The translations under genes and the position numbers were made by a program. Under the pieces are notes generated by a model that saw only the letters and a program-made list of their open reading frames with translations, ran no database searches and was not told the origin of the DNA. Positions 29,957 through 40,020 of a stretch of 64,000 nt of DNA are shown here, piece by piece. Each line of letters begins with the position of its first letter. Position 1 is the first letter of the stretch. Origin of the DNA: Limnochordia bacterium (GTDB lineage Bacteria; Bacillota; Limnochordia; DTU080); NCBI GenBank assembly GCA_050951545.1, contig JBMNJG010000001.1, positions 1 to 64,000 of the forward strand. The letters are read 5' to 3'.

Positions 29957-31786
29957 CTACCGATAGACTAACCCGTGGTGTGCCAGGTATAAGCGATCGC
30001 CTTCTTTTGCTACTGCCTCAAGAACCCGTTCTTGCACATAGTCACTGCTGATATTCGTTACCTTGTAAGACCACCTGTTGCCAATAGCCAGAGGGAAGAA
30101 GCTCTCACTCTGCTCGGCGATATGATATTCATCCAGCTGAAGATCGATATGCACTCCGTCGCCGCGCTGCACTACTAACCTGACCAGCCCAACTCCTGGG
30201 GCGAACCACGCCTGCTTGCTGCCGGTACGGCCGCTGTTCAGCTCTTGCTGAAACTGGTCTGCGCTGTCATTTGGATTGGGTTGGGCAGTCCACTCCACAC
30301 ATACGCAGTTGGTGAAACCACCAGCCAAAACCCTTGTTTGTGATGTAGTGCCTAAGCTCCGGGCGCGACAATCCAAGGGCAGCATGCTATATGAGAAGGC
30401 AGTCCCCTCCCAGGCATGCCCGGGGTGCTTCCAGTGATGGCTCCAGATCATCCCCACCTGTGAGAGCTCGTACAGCGGGCTGATGGTTAGTACTTTGTCG
30501 GTTTTCTGGTTTCCAAAACCCGGTTGCCCTGCGTACTCGATGCCGCCTGTAGCCATCAGAAGAATCTCACAGGTAGCTGCTGTCACTAGCAGGCCCTGCT
30601 GTGTCTTTCCCGTTTCAAGAAGCCCTTGCAGCAGGCGAATGGCCGCCAGACACACAGCATACATGCTACGGCTCTCGGGCATATCAAGAAGCGGCAGTGC
30701 TTTCTCAAAGCGCGGGAGGGCATCTGCCAGGTCATCCATCATATCCAGTTGCCCTAGGCACATCAGGCAGCTACCTTCGCCGCTTCTGTCACCTGTCTCG
30801 CTAAAGAGCACCAGTGCTCGCTCATGGGTGGCGCGTCGCTTATCTCTGTCGACATAGTGGATAGCCAGTGTTTCCAGTTGTTGGGCTAGTGCTGTCTTGT
30901 CGCCTAGCTCATCTCTGATCTGTACAGCCTCCTCCAGGAGTTGGAGTGGCAATGCTTTGCTCTTGGAGACAAGCCACGAGATGTGAGCCTTCGTTGTAAG
31001 TGCCTTGGCTCGCAAGTCTTTGGCTGCCGGGGTATTGCCCATTTCCGCGATCAGCTGCAGTGCCGTATCGCAGTGCTCCAGACTCTGTGCGGTCATTTTC
31101 TCGCCGCGTGCCTTAGCAGCTTTGGCTAGGGCCAGTTGCACCTTGACAGCTAGAGCATCCGATGGCCTCTCTTTAGCCAGTTCATCCTTCATCATGTCCC
31201 ATAGTCCCTCCCTCAACTTGCGTCGGGCCATGTGCAGTCGGCGCTTCACAGTGCCCAAAGGTACGTCTAGAATCCCAGCTACCTCAGACTGGCTATGGCC
31301 ACCTACATAGTACAACACCACAGCCTCTCTCTGTGTCACTGGTAGGGAAGCGATAGCCTGGCGAACCTGGTCACGCAGCTCACTTTTGGCAGCGGCTTCC
31401 TCCACGGCATCTGCCGTGACAGAAGTGATGTCGACCGTCAGATCCAGATGCTGAAAAGGCAGCTCTCTGGATCGACGCCAGCGGTAAGCCCAGTTGATGG
31501 CCCGATGACGAGCGATGCTGCAAAGCCACTGGTTAAGCTTTGCCGGGTTCTCCAATGTGCCGATGTGCAAAAAGGCCTCTAAGAAGGTTTCCTGCACCAC
31601 ATCTTCTGCATCCTGGGTATCTGTCAGGTGCGCCAGTGCTACGGCGTACACTAGGCGCCTGTGGCGTTCCACAATGCTGGTGAATGCCTGAGCACTACCT
31701 TCGTGTGCAAGATGGACCAGCGTTGCGTCGTCGGCGGTGCTGTGAACGGTGGCAGCCAGTGGTATCACTCCCTGTTCATGAGTCAC
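29957..31786 (-). CDS. ECF sigma-70 factor with long C-terminal TPR-like extension
   Basis: DAEDVVQETFL (region 2), LP..QREAVVL.Y..G.S..EVA..L.VPLGTVKRRL (region 4), followed by about 400 extra aa. Confidence 0.85.
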   Translation of the reverse strand: MTHEQGVIPLAATVHSTADDATLVHLAHEGSAQAFTSIVERHRRLVYAVALAHLTDTQDAEDVVQETFLEAFLHIGTLENPAKLNQWLCSIARHRAINWAYRWRRSRELPFQHLDLTVDITSVTADAVEEAAAKSELRDQVRQAIASLPVTQREAVVLYYVGGHSQSEVAGILDVPLGTVKRRLHMARRKLREGLWDMMKDELAKERPSDALAVKVQLALAKAAKARGEKMTAQSLEHCDTALQLIAEMGNTPAAKDLRAKALTTKAHISWLVSKSKALPLQLLEEAVQIRDELGDKTALAQQLETLAIHYVDRDKRRATHERALVLFSETGDRSGEGSCLMCLGQLDMMDDLADALPRFEKALPLLDMPESRSMYAVCLAAIRLLQGLLETGKTQQGLLVTAATCEILLMATGGIEYAGQPGFGNQKTDKVLTISPLYELSQVGMIWSHHWKHPGHAWEGTAFSYSMLPLDCRARSLGTTSQTRVLAGGFTNCVCVEWTAQPNPNDSADQFQQELNSGRTGSKQAWFAPGVGLVRLVVQRGDGVHIDLQLDEYHIAEQSESFFPLAIGNRWSYKVTNISSDYVQERVLEAVAKEGDRLYLAHHGLVYR

Positions 31787-31951
31787 GCAGAAGACGGAAA
31801 AGGTTCGCCTAGGTGGGAACGCATCTGCTTGCCTCAGTCTACCGTACGTTCTTCTGGCCCACTTGCTCTATCGCGACTGACTCTGGCTTTGGTAGAATGG
31901 CCTTGAGGAAAGCCGCCTCATCTGGCCAGATGACGGTGCGGAGGGGAAAAT

Positions 31952-32191
31952 GTGAATAGTCTCTATGATGAGCTATCTGAGAGGCTGAAAAAGGACCCAA
32001 GACTCACAAAGAGGGGTGGTGCGAGGTACGACCTTAGCCTTCTTCTGTTCAACGCGAGGGATTCCTTGCATGAGCTATGGGTAGCGGCCGATCAATGCAT
32101 CCACTCTGGCTGCGATAGTGAGGATCTCGACGCCTTACACGCTGCCGTCGAGAAGCTGCGCCCGGTGTTCGGGGAAAGGAGCAACCCGTGA
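31952..32191 (+). CDS. hypothetical protein
   Basis: 79-aa ORF with GGAGGGG RBS, overlapping the next gene start. Confidence 0.5.
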   Translation: MNSLYDELSERLKKDPRLTKRGGARYDLSLLLFNARDSLHELWVAADQCIHSGCDSEDLDALHAAVEKLRPVFGERSNP

Positions 32192-32463
32192 CCATTAGCG
32201 AGCCACCTCACGCAGTGTTATACGACTTTGATTTCACCCTGGCAGATTCATCTCCAGGGGTGGTGGACTGCGTCAACTGTGCACTCAGGCAGCTTGGTTT
32301 GTCCGCCGCGCCGCCGGACCTGATTCGGCAGACGATTGGGCTGAGCATGTCAGCCACATTGGCCCACCTGACCGGGAGCTGCCCTGGTGTGAAGAAAGCC
32401 GGTGAGGCATGGCTCACCAGCGGAGATCATGGCCTATGTCGGGCGCTATCAGCGATTTACTGA
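32188..32463 (+). pseudogene. HAD hydrolase (phosphoglycolate phosphatase-like) N-terminal fragment
   Basis: VLYDFDFTLADS motif I..IRQTIGL, then homology is lost. Confidence 0.6.
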
Positions 32464-32790
32464 AGCCCAGTAGTCGTCGAGCATCTGCTGCAGCACGAGC
32501 TGTGCGCTTCGAAATCCCTGATCGGGTGGAACCGAGCGTCCCAGCAGCTGGTTGCTGAACTGCATCAGCTGGTTCCAGATATCGACGCCCGGGGGAATCG
32601 CCGTGTCATAGTCGACCGCTTCGATGACGGCACTCCACGATGGATTCTGCCGCAAGTAGTCGGGGTGACGGTTGAATGCTGTGATGGCACTGGGCCGCCC
32701 TTGCACGCGGGTGAACCAACCCGCTGACTCTTGTTTGGTGGTGATCCAGCTCAACAGCAACCAGGCGGCCTCGCGTTTTTCCTGAGGCAC
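32449..32790 (-). pseudogene. ABC sugar-binding protein C-terminal fragment
   Basis: KREAAWLLLSWIT..LQQMLDDYW, typical SBP C-terminus with no N-terminus. Confidence 0.6.
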
Positions 32791-32958
32791 GGTATGCGGG
32801 CATGTCGGCGGCCCCCGATTGCAGTCCAGCGATGGGGTGCCAGCTGTTCTAGATCAGGCACTTGGCTACTTTCAGCCTAAGGCGAAGCCGTTTACCGCAC
32901 AAGGGCAGTCAATACAGGAAAAAAGGTAGCGTCCACCCCTTCGCCAGCGCCGCCTGTC

Positions 32959-34761
32959 TTAGGCCCGTGTTCGCTGCAGATTCTCATAGGCGGCGAGGGC
33001 CCATGCTTGTCGAGTGCACGAGGTCGGATCGACCTCAATGAAGGTGGGGTCGAGGCCCGTTTCCTTCTTGAGGTTCCGACCCCATGTGCAAGCCAGATCG
33101 CCTACAGGTATTTCGGGACAGAACTCCAGCCGGGCCGGGTCTGGGCCAACCACGCCAATGGCAGACAGATACTGCACGGCTTCCCAGGCTGGATGACCAT
33201 CGGGAACATCGGAATACCAGAAAAGTGGTACACCTGCTTGCACCAGCTCGAGCTGAAATGTGCGCAGTAGCGTCTGATCAGCTCGCACTTGATGGGGGCT
33301 CATCTGATGAGCCAAGCAGAAGGCTGCCAGGGAACCTGCTGCTTCGCCTACAGCCCATTCCCCCGGGTGTAGGCGGTAGGCGCCGTTGGCGATGTGCGTG
33401 ACCCCGATGTTCTTGCAGGCAGGCAGGAAATTGCTCCACCCTGGCGCCAGCAGTGCGCCCAGTGGTACTTGGTGCGGTGCCGACTTGATATCCAGGTTGA
33501 AGCGTTGCCCTCCCGAGCAAGCGTGGATATCGATGAAATAGGCACCTAGTCCTACGGAGTCGGGGAAGTGCCGAGCCCGGGCCTGTCCAGGTCGGGCAAA
33601 GCGAGCCAAGTCTTCCTCTCTTACCGTCACTTCTGCTCGGATGCGCCGACTTTCTCGGATATAGGGGTACTTCGATAGGCCATCCTCTGTACCCATCACA
33701 TCGGGGCGTAGCTTCAGCTCAGGGTAGCCATGACCGCCGTCGTCCCGTGGGGCTTCGGTCTGTAACCAGTAGAGTAGACCCAGGCTGAGCAGTTTGGCCT
33801 CTTCTCTGATACGCAGCTGCTCTGCCCAAGGCTTGTCGATCAGGTTCTGTCGGTCGTAGTCGTTGCCGGGCCAGTTAATCATGGCGATGTCATTTGGGTA
33901 GGCCGCATCGGCAAACAGTTCAGCATCGATCAAGCGCCGATAGTTCCAAAAAGTCTTAGGAACCTCCCCGGTGGGAAACACTGGGAAACGCTTGCAGCCT
34001 TGATGTACGTAATACAGGTTAAACGTGTAGGGTTGCGTGTCGCGGAAGTACTCGTAGCCTGCGGGTTTGGGGATCGTGTGGTTCTCTCCTGGGCAGAACT
34101 CCACCGCAAAAGGATAGGTGAAGCTTTGCACCCACTCTGGGTGAGCAGCACCCGGATAGGCATGCGTCTCGCCAGTGTCGCTGACACTTTGGGTGCCAGA
34201 TACGTGATCGACTCCTGCCAGCGGCAGAAGATCGCCTAGTTCTGTGGCATCCAAGACCATGGGGCCTCGCAAGGTAAGCGTGTCGTCACTATCGCCTAGG
34301 GGTGTGACTCGAGTGACTTGCACTTCTTCGATGCGTCCCTGGCTGGTCACAGCTGTCAGGGGTCGGTATCCAGTGAAGATCCGCACCTGGCCAGAGGTCA
34401 CATACGGCTGCAGCATTGCCTCGATGGCAGCAACGCCGACTCGAGGTTCGTAGCACAGCTTGCTTACCCAGGCATTGCCTGGGTTGAGTTTCTGCATGGC
34501 CTTCCCTTTGTCCGACAAGATCGTGTGCTCCTGGTAGTGCTGCCGAATGAGTTGACGAAACTGCGAATAGGCGGCAGTGGCGCCAAACGACTCCACCAAC
34601 CAGAACTCGTCCAAGGCTGAGACCCCCTGTGAGGTAGCCTGTCCCCCCAACCAGTCGGTCTCCTCCGTGATGCAGACTGTTCGGCCTCTTTTGGCTATAG
34701 CGAGGGCCGCGGCCACCCCGCCCAGACTACCACCGACGACTACGCAATCACATAAGGCCAT
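32959..34761 (-). CDS. FAD-dependent oxidoreductase (FAD_oxidored family)
   Basis: VVGGSLGGVAAA, EETDWLGGQATSQGV, DATELGDL, PYIRESRRI, KNIGVTHIANGAYRLHP. Confidence 0.88.
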   Translation of the reverse strand: MALCDCVVVGGSLGGVAAALAIAKRGRTVCITEETDWLGGQATSQGVSALDEFWLVESFGATAAYSQFRQLIRQHYQEHTILSDKGKAMQKLNPGNAWVSKLCYEPRVGVAAIEAMLQPYVTSGQVRIFTGYRPLTAVTSQGRIEEVQVTRVTPLGDSDDTLTLRGPMVLDATELGDLLPLAGVDHVSGTQSVSDTGETHAYPGAAHPEWVQSFTYPFAVEFCPGENHTIPKPAGYEYFRDTQPYTFNLYYVHQGCKRFPVFPTGEVPKTFWNYRRLIDAELFADAAYPNDIAMINWPGNDYDRQNLIDKPWAEQLRIREEAKLLSLGLLYWLQTEAPRDDGGHGYPELKLRPDVMGTEDGLSKYPYIRESRRIRAEVTVREEDLARFARPGQARARHFPDSVGLGAYFIDIHACSGGQRFNLDIKSAPHQVPLGALLAPGWSNFLPACKNIGVTHIANGAYRLHPGEWAVGEAAGSLAAFCLAHQMSPHQVRADQTLLRTFQLELVQAGVPLFWYSDVPDGHPAWEAVQYLSAIGVVGPDPARLEFCPEIPVGDLACTWGRNLKKETGLDPTFIEVDPTSCTRQAWALAAYENLQRTRA

Positions 34762-35078
34762 TCGCTACCTCATCCTTTCTTTTCGCGTTCACCCATCATC
34801 TTTGTGACGAGTGCAGGAAGAAGGGTACGGAGCCGCTCTGCGATGAACAGTCAAAGAGTGTAGGGCCCACGCTACGCATGGCGAGGGCCACGGCAATCCA
34901 GCTGTTTGTCCAACGCGATTCGACACACCACGCTCCCCACCCTGCATCCGCGAAACTTCCCCCCAGTAGCATGTCGCCCATTTCTGCGTGATCTTGGAGG
35001 AATACGCTTCTACTGTGCGAAGGTTATAACTAGTACTTCGGGACAATTCAATACATAAGAAGGAGTTGAGACTGTACC

Positions 35079-36344
35079 ATGGCACGTTATAGAGTGTTGC
35101 TTTGCATCGTGTTCCTAACTGGCCTAGGCATAGCAAGTTTCTCCCTGTGGGTGTATGGCGAGAGCGCTGTAGAGCTTACCTGGTATATCATGCGGAACGT
35201 TGAGGAAATACCGTTTTGGCAAGAGATGGCGGACAGGCACATGGAGAAGAATCCACAGGTGAAGGTCAATGTGATGAACGAGTTGAGTGGCGGCGTAACG
35301 AAGCTGACCACCATGATAGCCAGTGGTGTGGCACCGGATGTCGTCCGCGGCGAAACGAGCTGGATGCCTGAGCACGCAGCCAATGGCTGTTTCGTCAACC
35401 TGGACCCCTACGTCACCCGGGATCGTGCCCAATTGAGGCTGCAGGAGTTCCCACAGGCGGCTATGGATGCATTCAAACTGGATGGTTGGCAATACGCGGT
35501 ACCTATCGTGGTCTCAGCTCTTGCGTTCAACTACAACATCACCATGGTCCAAGACGCAGGCCTACCGGACCCTCAGCCTGGCTGGAACTGGGATGACTTC
35601 GTAACCGTGCTCAAACGGCTTACGCGAGAAGAGGCCGACGGCCGCATCAGCCAGGTTGGAGTGAGTATGGAAAGGTCACTCAACCGCCTGCAGGCTTTCA
35701 TTTTGCAGAATGGCACCGACTTGTTTGATCCGGGCTACAGAAAGGTTCTCATTGATCAGCCAGAGAGTGTCGAAGCTCTCGGCTATGCTCAGGCACTGGT
35801 GAACCAACACAGAGTGGCCAGCTGGGGCGGCAATAACGATTTTACGTCTGGCAGGGCCGCTGCTCAGCTGACTGGGCCATGGCGGCGTGGGGTCCACAAC
35901 GTATTGAAGGATTTGCATTGGGACATTGCACCGCTTCCCCAGAACAAGAGAGCTGCCTCACCTCTTTACGCAGGTGGAATAGCCATACTGGCTGATAGCC
36001 ATCATTACGAAGAATCATGGCAATTGGTCAAGTATCTCACTGGAACAGAGGCTCAACAGATATGGGCCAAGAATGGCCAGTCATGCCCAGCCCGTCTGCC
36101 CGTCGCCTATAGCAGTGCCTTCCTACGAGCTGGCGCTCCTGAACACGCCAAGTACTATGTCGACGCTATCAATACTGGTCACTCAGAACCATCATTTCCA
36201 GGCTGGGCAGATGTGAACTCGGCCATGGGAAGAGCCTTGGCGCCCGTGTTTGCGGGAACGATGCCCGCTCGCATAGGAGCGGAACAGGCCAAGGCCGTAG
36301 CGCAACCCATTCTGGACGAGATCAACAAGGCCAGGGGCAGATGA
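35079..36344 (+). CDS. ABC transporter sugar-binding protein
   Basis: AAGGAG RBS, signal peptide, IASGVAPDV, DGWQYAVP, WNWDDF. Confidence 0.9.
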   Translation: MARYRVLLCIVFLTGLGIASFSLWVYGESAVELTWYIMRNVEEIPFWQEMADRHMEKNPQVKVNVMNELSGGVTKLTTMIASGVAPDVVRGETSWMPEHAANGCFVNLDPYVTRDRAQLRLQEFPQAAMDAFKLDGWQYAVPIVVSALAFNYNITMVQDAGLPDPQPGWNWDDFVTVLKRLTREEADGRISQVGVSMERSLNRLQAFILQNGTDLFDPGYRKVLIDQPESVEALGYAQALVNQHRVASWGGNNDFTSGRAAAQLTGPWRRGVHNVLKDLHWDIAPLPQNKRAASPLYAGGIAILADSHHYEESWQLVKYLTGTEAQQIWAKNGQSCPARLPVAYSSAFLRAGAPEHAKYYVDAINTGHSEPSFPGWADVNSAMGRALAPVFAGTMPARIGAEQAKAVAQPILDEINKARGR

Positions 36345-36499
36345 CGAGCTATCCGGCACTGGGCACCACGAAGTCAGAATTCCTATAGTAAGAAGTCAGA
36401 TTAGAAGAGAAGGACATTTGGCGGCGTATCATGTACTAGTCTTTGAGCGTACAAAGCAAATGAGAGGCGCTCATGTTGAGAGATTGTAGGAGGAGAGGC

Positions 36500-38785
36500 A
36501 TGTCTCTGAAAGAACAGGTGAAAAACTACGCGTACGAGCTCGGTGCTGATCTCATTGGCTTTGGGGGCATTGACCGCTGCAAGCATGCTCCGCCCATGAT
36601 GAGTCCACAAGGCCTGTACCCCGAGGCCAAGACCGTCATTGTGATGGGCATTCACCATCCCGATGCATGCGTGGAGCTGGGTGGTGACAAGCATCCTCAA
36701 GATATGGGGCCCTACAGTGTGCAGGGGACGATGAACAACCGACTCGATGTGTTGTCTTATTCGGTGGCCACCTTCTTGGAGAAAGCAGGCTATGGGGCAG
36801 TACCCATCGTCTCTAGCAACATCTGGCGATACAAGCAGTACAAAAAGCTGGATGCCGTGTTTGCGCCGGATGTGAGCCATATTTACATGGCTGTGGTGGC
36901 AGGCTTATCTGAGATAGGCTACAACGGCATATCGCTCACGCCCGAGTATGGGCCGCGAAATCGCTTCGTTACAGTAATCACGAACGCCGAGATCGAGGAA
37001 GATCCGCTCATCCCTCCCGGTACAGTCTGCGACAATTGCATGTTATGTCGTCAGCACTGCCCCACAGATGCCTTAAGCAAGGAGGTCAATGGCGACAAGG
37101 TCCTGAAAATCGGGCCCTACGAGTACCGTTTCCCCAACAAGAACCTCTGGCGTTGTGCGTGGGGTGAACACTTTGGGGTAGATCTGGACTTGCCCATTCC
37201 CGACGTCGTTACGGAAGAGCTTATACTGGAGAATGTAGCCAAGCATGGCGTCCGTGGCGGAGAGGTGGGTCAATGCCTGAAGTTCTGCGTGCCCAAAGAG
37301 ATGCGCGTCTTCGATCGCAGTTTCGCTAGGTCGCCGTTGCGAAAAGCGGCGGTTACGCTCAATCAGTCAATAGCACCACGAGCACTGGTGGATCGAATCT
37401 TGGCCAAGCCTTTCACCAAGGGAATCGATGAAGTCATCGTCACCAATGTGGAAGAGCTCGCCGCTAAGGGGATCGATCTGGAAGAACAGCTCCCGGGAGC
37501 CAAGAGTGCCGTGACCGTGGTCATGAAGGTGCCCCAGGGGGCCGACCAAGGAGGATTTCGCTCGGGCGCTTCGCACTTGATCAGCTTCTCCTGTTTGGAC
37601 GTAGCGCGTGATTTCGATGCCCTTGGTTTTAAGGCCGTGACCGCGTCACGTGGCACGCGAAGTGTGACTGATAAAGTTCTCGCTGGCATCCCCGATCTCA
37701 CGAACAGCAGGGTAGTAGCGAACACGGTCATCACGCGCATGGATCTTCCCTGTCAACGGCGCGGTAACGGATGCTCAGCCACCATCGATGTCAGTAACGC
37801 CCAAGCCACTCTCACGAATCACATAGAGGAGTATGCTCGCTCATTGGGCGCTGATCTTGTGGGAGTAGCCTCACCGTCGAGGTTTGCTGAACTCGCAGAG
37901 CAGCTACGCCCCGTTTTTGATGGCGAGGAGCTCCTGGCTGCGCGCAATAAGGCCGTCATCTTCAAGCCATGGGATCCAGAGATCACGCGACAAGTGCGTA
38001 CTGTGAGGACGCCTGTGGATTTTCTCCCAGGTGCGAAATCTGTGATTGTGCTCGGTTGGCGTCTGCACGCCGAGGTTCTCCGACAAGCAACGAAGCCGCC
38101 AGCGGAAGCTGTCGGGCCGTTTGCTTTCCAAACATACGTCACAAACTGGATCGGTCAGATGGCCGGAGTGCGGTTGATCAAGCGGCTGGAAGAACTAGGC
38201 TTCAAGGGCGTCTTGGTCGGCGACCTGATGAACACCGCTTCGTTCACCGAAAGCCCCCGCGGTCCGCAGGCAGATCTGCGTTCAAACCGCTTTGCGGCGC
38301 TGGCTGCCGGACTTGGCTATCTCACTGACGCAGGCCATATTGCCACGCCTCAATTTGGTATCAGACAGCGATTTGTAGCTATCGTGACCGATGCACAGCT
38401 CGAAGCATCTCCACTGTATGCTGCGGCTGAAGGCGAAAGGCTGTGCGCCGAATGCGATCATGTCTGCGTAAGCAGCTGTCCAACCCAAGCCTTCGCTGAC
38501 AAGCAAGTTCGTTTAACATGCGAGGGTCATAGCTACGTCTTCACTCCGGTAGACGGTAAGCTGTGTGATTGGTCTAAGCGCTACGTTCTCTCTGGGGATA
38601 GCGGCGCGAAGTACATTGGCTCCGAGCTTGACATTCCACCGGGTGAGGTGACACCCGAAAGCCTGGCCACCGGATTGCGTCAGCATCATCCGATCACGAA
38701 ACAGCGCCATGTCGTGGCTGAACCGTGTGTCATCAAGTGTCCGTACGCCAACGCGGAGATCGACGTGGAGTCTCAGGTTGTGTGA
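36500..38785 (+). CDS. tandem epoxyqueuosine reductase/reductive dehalogenase-like cobalamin/4Fe-4S protein
   Basis: Two modules each with GADL(I/V)G, P.AK(T/S)VIV.G, AGL..G..TP.(Y/F)G.R.RFV..(I/V)T.A and CxxCxx(x)CxxxCP. Confidence 0.75.
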   Translation: MSLKEQVKNYAYELGADLIGFGGIDRCKHAPPMMSPQGLYPEAKTVIVMGIHHPDACVELGGDKHPQDMGPYSVQGTMNNRLDVLSYSVATFLEKAGYGAVPIVSSNIWRYKQYKKLDAVFAPDVSHIYMAVVAGLSEIGYNGISLTPEYGPRNRFVTVITNAEIEEDPLIPPGTVCDNCMLCRQHCPTDALSKEVNGDKVLKIGPYEYRFPNKNLWRCAWGEHFGVDLDLPIPDVVTEELILENVAKHGVRGGEVGQCLKFCVPKEMRVFDRSFARSPLRKAAVTLNQSIAPRALVDRILAKPFTKGIDEVIVTNVEELAAKGIDLEEQLPGAKSAVTVVMKVPQGADQGGFRSGASHLISFSCLDVARDFDALGFKAVTASRGTRSVTDKVLAGIPDLTNSRVVANTVITRMDLPCQRRGNGCSATIDVSNAQATLTNHIEEYARSLGADLVGVASPSRFAELAEQLRPVFDGEELLAARNKAVIFKPWDPEITRQVRTVRTPVDFLPGAKSVIVLGWRLHAEVLRQATKPPAEAVGPFAFQTYVTNWIGQMAGVRLIKRLEELGFKGVLVGDLMNTASFTESPRGPQADLRSNRFAALAAGLGYLTDAGHIATPQFGIRQRFVAIVTDAQLEASPLYAAAEGERLCAECDHVCVSSCPTQAFADKQVRLTCEGHSYVFTPVDGKLCDWSKRYVLSGDSGAKYIGSELDIPPGEVTPESLATGLRQHHPITKQRHVVAEPCVIKCPYANAEIDVESQVV

Positions 38786-38810
38786 ATTGGCTAGTTTCAC
38801 ACGGTTGCCT

Positions 38811-38840
38811 AGCCAGTGGCGGGGGGTCCCGCCACTGGCT
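38811..38840 (+). terminator. hairpin terminator
   Basis: AGCCAGTGGCGGG/CCCGCCACTGGCT perfect stem downstream of stop. Confidence 0.6.
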
Positions 38841-39044
38841 TCGCGTCAGTTGGAGGTTGGGTCGATGTGTCGCCTAGCTCTGATCGGTTGTGTGGGGTTG
38901 ACTAGCGCTTTCGTGTGGCTGAGAAGGAGGCCGTACGCCTCGGACTCCGCTGTAGCGACACAGTTCTATGCGAGCGGCATATGAGAGGGGTCTTATATGA
39001 AGCCGCTTCGCTGAAAGCATAGGCGGCGCGGGTACAATAGGGGC

Positions 39045-39971
39045 ATGGGTATTGGCATCGGCTTCGTCTCAATATGTCTCAGTGAACATGAATGCTCGCC
39101 AGCGGGGACGGTGACTGTGACCCGCATGGCGAAGCTCCCTTCTCGACAGGCGCAACTGCATGAGGTTAAACGGGTTGCCATGCGCAATCTCGAGCGGACG
39201 CGACGCATCATGTGGTTTTTGGAGCCGCATGGGTTTCAGCTCTATCGCATGAGCGCCAACCTCATTCCCTTGGCGACGCATGAGCTCACTGCGGATTGGG
39301 CGTGGTGGGAGGATCCCGATCTCAAAGCGATGGGGGCATCGATTGGGCAGATCGCTGCTGCCAAGGGCTATCGGTTGAGTTCGCACTTGCCGGAGCTTTG
39401 CGGATTGACCGCGGAGCCGGACAAGTTCTGCTGGACGAAGCCTTATCTTGAGTATCACGAGCGACTGTTCTCCATGATGCAGCTACCAGAAGACACGAAG
39501 ATCGTCATGCATCTTGGTGGGGGGTATGGGGACAAGGAGCGTGCTCTGGTCAGAGCTGGTTCATTTGTAGGTGCTCTAGGTGATTGGGCCAGGCGCCATC
39601 TGGTGCTGGAGAACGACGACCGCGTCTATTCTGCCCACGAAACGCTACGGTTCTGCCAAGAGATGGAGCTGCCCATGGTGTTTGATTTCCATCATCATTG
39701 GTGCAACCACGAGGCAGAGCTATCGCCAGAGTTCATAGGCGATGTTTTTGCCACGTGGACGGATCGTCCGCCGAAAGTGCACCTGTCTTCTCCGCGAGAC
39801 GCTAAGCGCCCACGCGCCCACGCTGACTACGTTGATCCCCGCTTTGTGCTGGGGTTCGTCGAACTCGCCTCGTCGTTGGGGCCGTTTGACATCATGGTGG
39901 AGGCCAAGCAGAAAGACTTGGCTGCTTTGCGTCTTAGGGCCGAACTTGACGCAATCATTCAGGCACCATAG
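39045..39971 (+). CDS. uvsE: UV damage endonuclease
   Basis: LYRMSANLIPLATH, HLGGGYGDK, LENDD, VFDFHHH, PKVHLSSP, AHADYV, DIMVEAKQKD. Confidence 0.92.
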   Translation: MGIGIGFVSICLSEHECSPAGTVTVTRMAKLPSRQAQLHEVKRVAMRNLERTRRIMWFLEPHGFQLYRMSANLIPLATHELTADWAWWEDPDLKAMGASIGQIAAAKGYRLSSHLPELCGLTAEPDKFCWTKPYLEYHERLFSMMQLPEDTKIVMHLGGGYGDKERALVRAGSFVGALGDWARRHLVLENDDRVYSAHETLRFCQEMELPMVFDFHHHWCNHEAELSPEFIGDVFATWTDRPPKVHLSSPRDAKRPRAHADYVDPRFVLGFVELASSLGPFDIMVEAKQKDLAALRLRAELDAIIQAP

Positions 39972-40020
39972 TGACCGGAGGGGCGGCGACACGCTGAGGT
40001 GCCGCCGCCCGGGGCGTTGC

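Noticed and set aside
36500-38785. Respiratory reductive dehalogenase (rdhA) call
   Set aside because: No Tat signal or rdhB and atypical Cys motifs; only fold-level similarity is claimed
39033-39047. Leaderless uvsE transcript (TACAAT 6 nt before ATG)
   Set aside because: A single hexamer with no convincing -35; cannot be supported without TSS data
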